Below are positions 27,763-35,873 of a stretch of DNA of 64,000 nt, in pieces. How positions within the stretch are numbered: position 1 is the first letter of the stretch; each line of letters starts with the position of its first letter. Both the position numbers and the translations under genes were made by a program. Source of the stretch: Actinomycetota bacterium (GTDB taxonomy: Bacteria > Actinomycetota > AC-67). Location of the stretch: the NCBI GenBank assembly GCA_046713235.1, contig JBKKBZ010000047.1, positions 1,828 to 65,827 of the forward strand, in the 5' to 3' direction. The notes below the pieces were generated by a model. It had not been told where the DNA came from. It did no database searches and saw only the letters and a list, made by a program, of their open reading frames with translations.

Positions 27763-27830
27763 AAAAAAAGAGGGACGCGATCGCCCCCGTCGTGCGATCG
27801 CGCCCACTGCGAGTCGTGCGGGCGACTCGC
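27763..27830 (-). terminator. tandem hairpins ending in a canonical intrinsic terminator downstream of ku
   Basis: On the minus strand, GCGAGTCG-N6-CGACTCGC (27809-27830) comes first. It is followed by a 12-bp GC-rich stem (27772-27805, one bulge) and a run of 7 U (27763-27769). Confidence 0.75.
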
Positions 27831-27928
27831 AACGGGAGTGTCGGCGCGCAGATCAAGCACACACATAGCCCTCGCGGACCATCTTCTCGATACCGAGCGG
27901 CAATCAGCTTGTCGGCTATCGCAACGGG

Positions 27929-28783
27929 TCAGCCCGTGGCGGCCTTTTTCCTACGCGATGTCTTGGACGCGGCCTTCTTCGCCCCCGCCCCGTTCTCTGT
28001 ATCGCCGCGGTCTTCGGACACCTGCTCGATCGAGGCGCGCAACGCTTCCATGAGGTCCACGACAGTCGTCGTCGGCTTCGCGGTCACAACGGCGATCTCC
28101 TCGCCCTGGATCTTCGCGGCGATGATCTCCTCGAGCTTCGCGCGGTACTCGTCGCGGTATTGGGTGGGATCGAACGACTCGGTCATGCTCGCGATCAGCG
28201 ACTGCGCCATCTTCACCTCTTGAGGCCGCGGCTCGGGAATGTCCTGCAACTCCTCGAACTCCGGCTCCCGGATCTCGTCCGGCCAGAACATCGTCTCGAG
28301 CACGAACGCCTTGTCGCGCAGCCGCAAGGTTGCCAGGTGCTCCTTGTCGCGGATCGTGAAGCGTGCCAGCGCAACCAGGCCGTGGTCACCGAGCGCGGTG
28401 CGCAGGAGGCTGTAGGCCTTGGCGCCGGTGCGCTCCGGCGCAAGGTAGTACGACTTCTTCCAATAAATCGCGTCGATCTCTTCCGCCTCGACGAATGCGA
28501 GGATGTCGATCGACCGGAACGACGCAACGCCGCGCTCGAGATCTTGGTCCCCGAGGAGCACCATGCGGTCCTTCTCGTATTCGTATCCCTTGCCGATGTC
28601 CTCGAACGACACCTCCTCGCCACATTCCGAGCACGTGCGCTTGTAGCGGACTCGTCCGCCGTCCTTGGTGTGCACTTGATGGAAGCGCAGGGTCTTCTCT
28701 TCGGTTGCCGAGAGGACCTTCACCGGGATCGTCACGAGCCCGAAGCTGATGGCGCCCTTCCAGATGGCCTTCACGAGCCTCAC
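27929..28783 (-). CDS. ku: Ku protein (NHEJ DNA end-binding)
   Basis: KAIWKGAISFGLVTIPVKVLSATEEKTLRFHQVH is the canonical bacterial Ku N-terminus. Candidate starts are GTG 28783 (GAGGA 7 nt upstream), GTG 28774 and ATG 28804. Confidence 0.95.
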   Translation of the reverse strand: MRLVKAIWKGAISFGLVTIPVKVLSATEEKTLRFHQVHTKDGGRVRYKRTCSECGEEVSFEDIGKGYEYEKDRMVLLGDQDLERGVASFRSIDILAFVEAEEIDAIYWKKSYYLAPERTGAKAYSLLRTALGDHGLVALARFTIRDKEHLATLRLRDKAFVLETMFWPDEIREPEFEELQDIPEPRPQEVKMAQSLIASMTESFDPTQYRDEYRAKLEEIIAAKIQGEEIAVVTAKPTTTVVDLMEALRASIEQVSEDRGDTENGAGAKKAASKTSRRKKAATG

Positions 28784-28802
28784 GGTAGCATCCTCGGAGG
28801 AC

Positions 28803-31259
28803 ATGGCCAACCGCCTCGATTTTCCTCGCCCCCTGCCGGTAGAGCAGCGAGGGTCCACGACGTGGTCGGCGGCGCTGGACGGCGTCGAGGTCCGGCTGTC
28901 CAACCTCGACAAGGTCTACTGGCAGCAGGAGCGCTACACCAAGGGCGACCTGCTCACGGCGTACTACAACCTCGCACCGTGGATCCTGCCCCACCTCGCC
29001 GGCCGGCCGCTGACGATGCGCCGGATGCCCGACGGGATGGACGGACCGGAGTTCTACCAAAAGGAGGCGCCCGACCACACGCCGGAATGGATGCCGCGTG
29101 CGCGAGTGACCGGTCGTGGATCCGGGGACGGCGGAACGACGTTCTTGCTCGCCCAGAACCAAGCGTCGCTGCTCTACGTGGTCAACCTCGGATGCATCGA
29201 GTTCCATCCGTGGCACTCGCGTCACCAATCGATCGCGTATCCCGACTACGCGTTCTTCGACCTCGACCCGTTTCCACCGATCACCTTCGAACAGGTTCGG
29301 CGCACGGCGCTGATGGTGCGCGTGGCGCTGGAGCAGCTCGGGCTCCGCGGTTATCCGAAGACGAGCGGCGCTACGGGGATGCAAGTCTTTGTGCCGCTGG
29401 ACGGGACCCACACCTACGAGGAGGCGCGGGCCTTCGTCGAACGTGTGTGCCGGCTGATCAACGCCACGTGGCCCCAGGGAACCACGATGGAGTGGGAGAT
29501 CGCGCGCCGCTCCGGCAAGGTGTTCCTCGACTACGGCATGAACTCCGAAGGCAAGAACATCGCAAGCGTGTATTCGGTCAGGCCGTTTCCCGGCGCCAGC
29601 CTGTCCACGCCGCTGCGCTGGGAGGAGGTCGAGCAGGAGATCGAACCCGGCGACTTCACGATCGCCACGATCTGGGAGCGCCTGGACCGCGAGGGCGATC
29701 TTTTCGAGCCGGTGCTTGCCGGAGGAACACCCCAAGGTCAGAGCCTTCGGCCGGCGATGGAAGCGCTCGGGATGCCGGTCACGCAGCCGGCCGGGGAACC
29801 GGGGCCGAAGCCGAAACCCGTCCCGGCGACGGACGGGGAACCGCTGCGCGAGTACAAGCGCAAGCGTCGCTTCGACGTCACGCCGGAACCGGAGGGCATG
29901 GTCGAGGAGTCCGAAGACGAGCGCCCGACGTACATGGTTCACAAGCATCACGCACGCCGGCTCCACTACGACCTTCGGCTCGAGCGCGACGGCGTGCTGG
30001 TGTCCTACGCGGTGCCGAAGGGGCTGCCCCTGGAACCGGGGATTCGCCATCTCGCCGTGCACGTCGAGGATCATCCGATGGAGTACGGCACCTTCGAGGG
30101 ATCGATTCCCAAAGGTGAGTACGGCGGCGGCGAGGTGCGGATCTTCGATCGCGGGACCTACGAGATCCTGGAATGGACCGACAAGAAGGTCAGCATCCGG
30201 CTCGACGGCGAGCGACTTCAAGGCGAGTACCACCTGGTCAACACCAGGGAGCGCGATTGGATCGTCTTCCGCGCAAAGGACAGCGGGCGTCTCGCCGTCG
30301 CTCCCCCGCCGATCGCCGAACCGATGCTTGCGACACCGGGGGCCCAAGCCTTCGACGGGAAGGACTGGCTGTTCGACGTGAAATGGGACGGCGTACGCAC
30401 ACTCGCGGCGATCGAATCCTCCGGCCACCGGCTCTTCAGCCGCCGTATCCGCGACGTGACGGCGCAGTATCCCGACTTGAACGATCTGGCCACGCATCTC
30501 GCCGCGCTCAACGGTCTTGTGGACGGAGAGATCGTCGCGCTCGACGAAAACGGCCGGCCGTCCTTCGAGCGGCTGCAACAGCGATCGGCCACCGCTAAGC
30601 CGTCGCAAGCGCTGCTGGAGTCACACCCGGTGCAGTACGTGGCGTTCGACCTGCTGTGGCTCGACGGCGAGTCGCTCATGGAGGCGCCGATAGAGGACCG
30701 GCTGGCGCTGTTGCAGCGGCTCCTGGTGCCGACCGACCGGATCCAGGTGAGCCGGCCGGTTGAGCGTAAGGGCGTTGCGTTCTTCAATCAGGCCAAGCGG
30801 CTCGGGCTGGAAGGGATAATCGCGAAGCGAAAAGGCTCCCCGTATCGTCCGGCCAAGCGCAGCAAGGACTGGTTGAAGATCAAGGCCGTGAAGCGGCAAG
30901 ATTGCGTGATCGTCGGATGGACCCCCGGCAAGGGCTCGCGCGGAACGACGATGGGTGCGCTGGTGCTGGCCGTGTACCGCGGGGAGACGCTGACATACTC
31001 GGGTCACGTCGGCACGGGTTTCACGGAGAAGACGCTCGCCGACCTGCTGGCCAGACTCGAACCCATGGAGATCGACGAGCCGCCGGTCCCACCCCCGCCG
31101 CGTAACGAAGCCGACCTGCGCGGCGTGCGCTGGGTGCGCCCGGAGCTGGTGTGTGAGGTCGAGTACCTCGAGTTCACGTCGCAGGGCCGGCTGCGCGGGG
31201 TGTCTTACAAAGGACTGCGCCCCGACAAAGGGCCCGAGGACGCGATCGCCGAAGGCTAA
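28803..31259 (+). CDS. ligD: multidomain ATP-dependent DNA ligase LigD (polymerase/primase - 3-phosphoesterase - ligase order)
   Basis: Pol domain (VRLSNLDKVYW, IEFHPW, FDLDP). PE domain (YMVHKHHARRLHYDLRLERDGVLVSYAVPKG). Ligase domain with adenylation motif FDVKWDGVR and the C-terminal EGIIAKR, WLKIK. The domain order matches mycobacterial LigD. Confidence 0.95.
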   Translation: MANRLDFPRPLPVEQRGSTTWSAALDGVEVRLSNLDKVYWQQERYTKGDLLTAYYNLAPWILPHLAGRPLTMRRMPDGMDGPEFYQKEAPDHTPEWMPRARVTGRGSGDGGTTFLLAQNQASLLYVVNLGCIEFHPWHSRHQSIAYPDYAFFDLDPFPPITFEQVRRTALMVRVALEQLGLRGYPKTSGATGMQVFVPLDGTHTYEEARAFVERVCRLINATWPQGTTMEWEIARRSGKVFLDYGMNSEGKNIASVYSVRPFPGASLSTPLRWEEVEQEIEPGDFTIATIWERLDREGDLFEPVLAGGTPQGQSLRPAMEALGMPVTQPAGEPGPKPKPVPATDGEPLREYKRKRRFDVTPEPEGMVEESEDERPTYMVHKHHARRLHYDLRLERDGVLVSYAVPKGLPLEPGIRHLAVHVEDHPMEYGTFEGSIPKGEYGGGEVRIFDRGTYEILEWTDKKVSIRLDGERLQGEYHLVNTRERDWIVFRAKDSGRLAVAPPPIAEPMLATPGAQAFDGKDWLFDVKWDGVRTLAAIESSGHRLFSRRIRDVTAQYPDLNDLATHLAALNGLVDGEIVALDENGRPSFERLQQRSATAKPSQALLESHPVQYVAFDLLWLDGESLMEAPIEDRLALLQRLLVPTDRIQVSRPVERKGVAFFNQAKRLGLEGIIAKRKGSPYRPAKRSKDWLKIKAVKRQDCVIVGWTPGKGSRGTTMGALVLAVYRGETLTYSGHVGTGFTEKTLADLLARLEPMEIDEPPVPPPPRNEADLRGVRWVRPELVCEVEYLEFTSQGRLRGVSYKGLRPDKGPEDAIAEG

Positions 31260-31336
31260 CCCATCTTCACGATACCGCGCGGGGGCCAAACGGAGGCCCG
31301 GACGAATCTCAGAGAGCCGTCATATGATCTCTCAAA

Positions 31337-32506
31337 ATGAGGGGTTTCGCTGCGCTCATGGCCCGGGCTGCTCTCGTCGCGACGCTGGTCGCGACGGGGG
31401 CCAACGATGTCGCCGAGCACAGGGACCAGCCTCCCCCGACCGACCGCGCATGGTCGCCGGTCGAGAACTGCCGGCGAAGGCATCCCGATCGCCCCGCGAT
31501 CCTCGGCGTCATCTACTCCGGCCCGGACATCGTGGACCGGGAAACGGGGTGGACGCGCACGGAGATCGAGCGGTCGCTCGACGACGCTGAGCTGCCGCAC
31601 GGCACGTTCGATCGCCTGCGTGGTCGGCCGGAGGCGAACCAGACCCTTGTCCAGATCCCCGGCACTGTGGGATCGCTGCTCGGCCCTGCGCGGAGGCTCG
31701 CGGCGCAACCGGGACCGGCCCTACGAGAACCGCCTCGTGTGGAGATCAGGTGTGCGGGACTTCGCTCCCTTGTGGACTCCTTAACCATCGCGCTTCCCGC
31801 TCGCGAGAACGTCCACACCGTCATCCGCACTGTTGGAGGAGGGTCGGAGCAGCAGGACGGCGAGGCCACCGACGGCGGCGATACGCGCTTTTACACCCTC
31901 AAGACGACACAGGCCGGCTTCGTGATCGAAAGGGCTATCGCCTACCTCAGAGATCGCCGGGTCATCAGTGCGGAACCCCAGCTCGCGTGCGGTGGCTTCC
32001 CAGAGGATCCGTGGCCGCGGGGTTGTGATCTGTCCGTGACAGACCAGCCCGTGGAACACGACCCAGGGAACAAGGAGCGCGACAGAAAAGCGTTCTGCCG
32101 AAAGCACGTCGGCGACGCCGCGCGAAAACAAGGACCGCTGCCCGGCGGCGCCCGATTGACCGGTCGAGACATCTCGATGTGCGACGTCTACCACGAGGTA
32201 TCGGGACCGAATGCGATCTGCGGTTGGTACCTCTTCATCTATCTGCTGCAACACGAATACGCCGACGTTGTCGCTCATTACGAACGGCTGGAGGTCGGCG
32301 GTGGGGTCTTGCGGGACCGCGACCACCCGAAAGACGGATGGTGGTTCGGGGTGTCCACGTGGCGTGAATTGTTAACCGGAAAGAATGTTGGGACGACTCC
32401 GGCCTGGGAGGAGGTGGCTATGTACATCAAGGAGCGCCCCGACGGAGTTTCAACAACGCTCGAAGTACTCGTGACGCATTGCGTGCTTACAACACTCCCT
32501 TCGTGA
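31337..32506 (+). CDS. hypothetical protein (389 aa), no recognisable domain
   Basis: The long ORF has an A/T-richer 3-prime part and more A/T-ending codons (gaa ttg tta acc gga aag aat gtt) than its neighbours. Possible signal-like N-terminus. Several Cys and Trp-rich segments. Start uncertain. Confidence 0.5.
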   Translation: MRGFAALMARAALVATLVATGANDVAEHRDQPPPTDRAWSPVENCRRRHPDRPAILGVIYSGPDIVDRETGWTRTEIERSLDDAELPHGTFDRLRGRPEANQTLVQIPGTVGSLLGPARRLAAQPGPALREPPRVEIRCAGLRSLVDSLTIALPARENVHTVIRTVGGGSEQQDGEATDGGDTRFYTLKTTQAGFVIERAIAYLRDRRVISAEPQLACGGFPEDPWPRGCDLSVTDQPVEHDPGNKERDRKAFCRKHVGDAARKQGPLPGGARLTGRDISMCDVYHEVSGPNAICGWYLFIYLLQHEYADVVAHYERLEVGGGVLRDRDHPKDGWWFGVSTWRELLTGKNVGTTPAWEEVAMYIKERPDGVSTTLEVLVTHCVLTTLPS

Positions 32507-32569
32507 CCGGTGGGGCATCCGGCCCCTGGGGCACGCGTTCATGTTCAACCCCGGTGCGCGCCGGTAGCC

Positions 32570-33292
32570 TCAGTCAGGCTCGAGGCGGAACAGTTTGAAG
32601 GCTTCCGCGTAGGGCAGTCCACGCTCGGCGCCGCGCTGGCGGTTGCGCTCGCGGATGAACTCTGCCACCGGCCATTCCCCCACCTGGCACACGTGGCATT
32701 CCAGAGCCTTGATCTTCGTCTCCATGGTCTCCGAGATGTCGACGTAGACGTCGGCAGGGTCGGAGTTAACGAGAAGGAGCGCCTTCGGTTTGAACGGCGC
32801 GAGCCCTTCGTCTCGCCACAGCTCCGGGAACATCAGGCCGCTCGAGGCATCCGGGTTGACCGATCGCAGCACGCACTCCCCGACCGCGATGTGATCCGGA
32901 TGGTTGATGTATCCCTCGCCCCACCACCGGATCGTGGGGTCGGATGTGATCACGGCCTCCGGCTGCCACCGGCGAATCTCCCTCGCGATCGCCTTGCGCA
33001 GATCCAGCGTCGGCTCGAGGTAGCCGTCCTCGAAGCCCAGCCACACCACGCGCTCCACGCCGAGCACGCTCGCCGCAGCTTCCTGTTCCCTCTTTCGGAT
33101 CGCGGCAAGCCGCTCGCGCGTCATCGACGGATCGCTCGATCCCGAGGCGCCGTTGGAAGCGATGACGTACGTCACCTCCACGCCGGCCCGCACCCAGAGC
33201 GCCACCGTTCCCGACGAGCCAAACTCAGCGTCGTCGGGGTGCGCGACGATCACCATTGCGCGATCGAACTCGAGCTGGTCGTCGAATCTCAT
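32570..33292 (-). CDS. PIG-L (LmbE/MshB-like) family deacetylase
   Basis: VIVAHPDDAEFG zinc-binding motif, HPDH, and overall LmbE-like layout. Confidence 0.85.
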   Translation of the reverse strand: MRFDDQLEFDRAMVIVAHPDDAEFGSSGTVALWVRAGVEVTYVIASNGASGSSDPSMTRERLAAIRKREQEAAASVLGVERVVWLGFEDGYLEPTLDLRKAIAREIRRWQPEAVITSDPTIRWWGEGYINHPDHIAVGECVLRSVNPDASSGLMFPELWRDEGLAPFKPKALLLVNSDPADVYVDISETMETKIKALECHVCQVGEWPVAEFIRERNRQRGAERGLPYAEAFKLFRLEPD

Positions 33293-33298
33293 CGCGGC

Positions 33299-33868
33299 CT
33301 AGTCGTCGGCGTCCTCGCCGGCACCCAGCGGCGGCTCGAACCCGCACTCGTCCATCAGCGCGGCGATCTCACTCTCTTCCCAGCCGCGGCCGGCGAGTGC
33401 ATCGACCAGCCGCAGCGGGGCCAGGTTAGATCCGCAGAACGAGCAGTACGACCACTCCGCGAACGCCTTCCCGGCGAGTCGTGCCCGGCAATACGGGCAG
33501 CGAGTGCGATCCCCCAACCAGACCGGCTTCGTGCCGGTTTGCCGTTCGGCCTGCGGCGCCTCGGTGTCCTCCGCATCCGACTCCACCACGGCGTCGAGGT
33601 AGCCGCGGCCGTACTCCCAGGAGATGTACTCATCGGGGACCGGCTCGAAGGCCGGCTCGTGCATCCGCGGCTCGCCGGCTTCGAGAATATGCTCCAGCGA
33701 TTCACGGAGCATGTCCCAGCCGTAGTAGTGGTCCTCGCCACATTCGGCGCACACGATCACGACGCCCTTGTACCCGCGGGGCTCCGGTTCGAAGACGGCG
33801 CGCATCGCCTCGAGATCCTCGAGGTCGGCAAGGACGGATTCACGCTCTTCCGGATCGATCCCCGGCAT
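33299..33868 (-). CDS. hypothetical zinc-ribbon protein
   Basis: Three CxxC pairs (CAECGEDH; CPYC-x15-CSFC) in an acidic protein, immediately upstream of the PIG-L gene in the same orientation. Confidence 0.6.
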   Translation of the reverse strand: MPGIDPEERESVLADLEDLEAMRAVFEPEPRGYKGVVIVCAECGEDHYYGWDMLRESLEHILEAGEPRMHEPAFEPVPDEYISWEYGRGYLDAVVESDAEDTEAPQAERQTGTKPVWLGDRTRCPYCRARLAGKAFAEWSYCSFCGSNLAPLRLVDALAGRGWEESEIAALMDECGFEPPLGAGEDADD

Positions 33869-33912
33869 GTCTGCCCGATACTAACGCAGGCCGCGGGGAG
33901 GAATTCCCGGGC

Positions 33913-34638
33913 TCAATCGTGGCGGGGGAAGCGTGCGGCGGCTTCGAGAGCCGCGCCGGCAAACGCGACAAGGGGGTCTCCCGTCGAGGGATAGAGCGCG
34001 GCCCCGAGCCGCCTCGCCCCCGCGCCTTCGACCAGCACGATCGCGACCCGATCGTCGTCGAGCTCCACCGCCTTGGCGTGCGACAAGGCAAGACCGGTAC
34101 CGAGTGCCCCGAGGGCAGCCGCGGCGACGGCCTCGTGGGCCGTGTCGTGGTTCGCGCGCCCGGTGGACGGCCTGCCGTCCAGGAGAACCTCCACTTCCGC
34201 TTTGACGGACTCGCCGGCGATCTCCACTGAGACGCGAACGGGTTCCATCGTGCGCTCCTCGGGCGCGAGTGCGTGCGCAACCTTCGCGGTTGCCGTGCAG
34301 ACGGCTTCCACTACCGCGCGCTCCGTGTCGTCGAGCTTCCCATCCCTGCGGCCCACGGCGTGGAGGCCGCGCGAGGATGGGCCGGCGCTGCGAACAAACG
34401 TCACGTAGAAGCCGGGGACGTCGGTATCGCCGTGCTCGGCGGCGTCTCGCAGCGAGGTGAAGAGCTGGAAGGCCGTCGACGGATCGAGGGCGGAAAGCTC
34501 CGGCCGGCGAAGAAACAACTGCGGCCCGGCCGCTACGGGGAGGTGGAGGTAGGCACACAAATCGACGGGAACGGCGGCGAGCACCGCGTCCATTCCGGCG
34601 TAGATCGCTTCCTGAGACAGCATCCCCGGATCGTTCAT
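33913..34638 (-). CDS. hypothetical protein (possible GAF-like N-terminal half)
   Basis: ATG at 34638 overlaps the upstream stop (ATGA at 34635-34638). Third-codon-position G/C preference supports coding. No motif recognised with certainty. Confidence 0.55.
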   Translation of the reverse strand: MNDPGMLSQEAIYAGMDAVLAAVPVDLCAYLHLPVAAGPQLFLRRPELSALDPSTAFQLFTSLRDAAEHGDTDVPGFYVTFVRSAGPSSRGLHAVGRRDGKLDDTERAVVEAVCTATAKVAHALAPEERTMEPVRVSVEIAGESVKAEVEVLLDGRPSTGRANHDTAHEAVAAAALGALGTGLALSHAKAVELDDDRVAIVLVEGAGARRLGAALYPSTGDPLVAFAGAALEAAARFPRHD

Positions 34639-35306
34639 CGACGCTCCTCGGGCGCCTTCGCACGCCATCCGTTGGCCGGCGGGCAGTTCGGTTTGGATTC
34701 ATGTCGCGCCGCCGCGCCGTTGTGGTCCCAACCGAGATGCCGGCCCGGCCAGATGCACGAGTCCTCGGCGACCGGCCGGGGAGGTGGGGGCAGGGGCGGA
34801 GCAACGACCCGGACGCGTGGTGCGACCACCTGCTGCTTCGGAGCGGCAGGCGAACCTGCCGGCAGCCCGCCCCGGCCCGGTTCCCTCACGCGCGGCTGGA
34901 CCAGGCGTGGGGGCGCTTCTGCCCGACGCGGCGGGGGAACGACCACGTCGATAGGTTGGAATGGTGCCGCGGGCGGGCTCGGAGCCCGGGCACTCGGAGA
35001 CGGAGGCTCTCGTGAGCCGATTGGAAGAAACGCAGCCATGAGCGCTGCCGATGCGACCCCGGCAACAACCCCGGCAGCCGGGACGAGCCGGCGGCGACGG
35101 GCCGGATGGACGGCCCTCGTCGCTGGGGGTGCCAGCAGGCGAACTTCCAAGGCTCCATATGGGGCAGCGGCCGCTTCGGCTGAAGCCAGAACGGCGCGGC
35201 GGTCGGCATCCTCCGTAAGGAGCAGGACGACGCCGTCATCGGAAACGGAGCAACCCACGACACCGGAAATGGCTCGCAGGGAACGTTCGAGGGGGGCCGC
35301 GTCCAC
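34635..35306 (-). CDS. hypothetical single-pass membrane protein with Pro-rich tail
   Basis: GTG start at 35306 with AGGA upstream. Central TM AAGVVAGVASAALMAAFL followed by a Pro/Arg-rich region. First gene of a four-gene same-strand cluster. Confidence 0.45.
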   Translation of the reverse strand: MDAAPLERSLRAISGVVGCSVSDDGVVLLLTEDADRRAVLASAEAAAAPYGALEVRLLAPPATRAVHPARRRRLVPAAGVVAGVASAALMAAFLPIGSREPPSPSARAPSPPAAPFQPIDVVVPPPRRAEAPPRLVQPRVREPGRGGLPAGSPAAPKQQVVAPRVRVVAPPLPPPPRPVAEDSCIWPGRHLGWDHNGAAARHESKPNCPPANGWRAKAPEERR

Positions 35307-35505
35307 TCGTCCATCCTACGGCAAATCGGACGCGCTGCGGAAACCGCACTCCGTGAGAGGAAAGCCCCGATCGGTGGAATCTCGTAGTCCGCCTAGTTCG
35401 AAAGGGCCATTCCGCGCCGACGAAATGCCTCATCCAGCCTATCCAGTGCGAGCACCCGGGACTCGACACACCAGGTACGCGAACGTTCGCGTGAAAGGAG
35501 CCAGG

Positions 35506-35823
35506 ATGAGTTGGGTGCTCGTGGTATCCGGGGATGACGTCTTTCAGCAGCGTTCCATGGACGCACTCGGCGGCAGCGGCCAAGCCGTAGGCGCCATTAC
35601 CGAGTCTTCCGCACGACGACTAGTCGGCTCGCTGCGTCCGGGCACGGTGCTGGTGGACGGCGGCAGTGACGAGGGCGTGAACTTCCTAATCTCGCTTCGC
35701 CTCTTGCCGGAGAGCGCGCGACCACGAGCCATCGTCGTCGGCGACACACAACCCGGTATTCGCTGTGGTGCCGTTACAACGCTCGAGGCGGCCTTGCAAG
35801 CTATCGCTGCCCCCGCCGCCTGA
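35506..35823 (+). CDS. small receiver-like hypothetical protein (105 aa)
   Basis: ATG at 35506 with a strong RBS AAAGGAG at 5 nt. VLVVSGDD...TVLVDGGSDEG...AIVVGD resembles a degenerate REC fold. The rest of track ORF 34273..35823 is antisense junk. Confidence 0.5.
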   Translation: MSWVLVVSGDDVFQQRSMDALGGSGQAVGAITESSARRLVGSLRPGTVLVDGGSDEGVNFLISLRLLPESARPRAIVVGDTQPGIRCGAVTTLEAALQAIAAPAA

Positions 35824-35873
35824 CGGTTACAGGGCAATGCCGCCTGCTCACGGCGGTTCGGTAGCATGCCTTC

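Noticed and set aside
28386-30608. 740-aa ORF on the minus strand covering most of ligD
   Set aside because: It is antisense to a gene with unambiguous LigD motifs. The product is Arg/Pro/Gly-rich low-complexity sequence with no motif, which is a typical high-GC antisense artefact.
32510-33994. 494-aa plus-strand ORF
   Set aside because: It is antisense to the PIG-L deacetylase and zinc-ribbon genes. No motifs.
34273-35505. N-terminal 411 codons of the 516-aa track ORF 34273..35823
   Set aside because: This part is antisense to two minus-strand genes and is Arg/Gly-rich. Only the last 105 codons, which have their own strong RBS at 35494-35500, look like a real gene.
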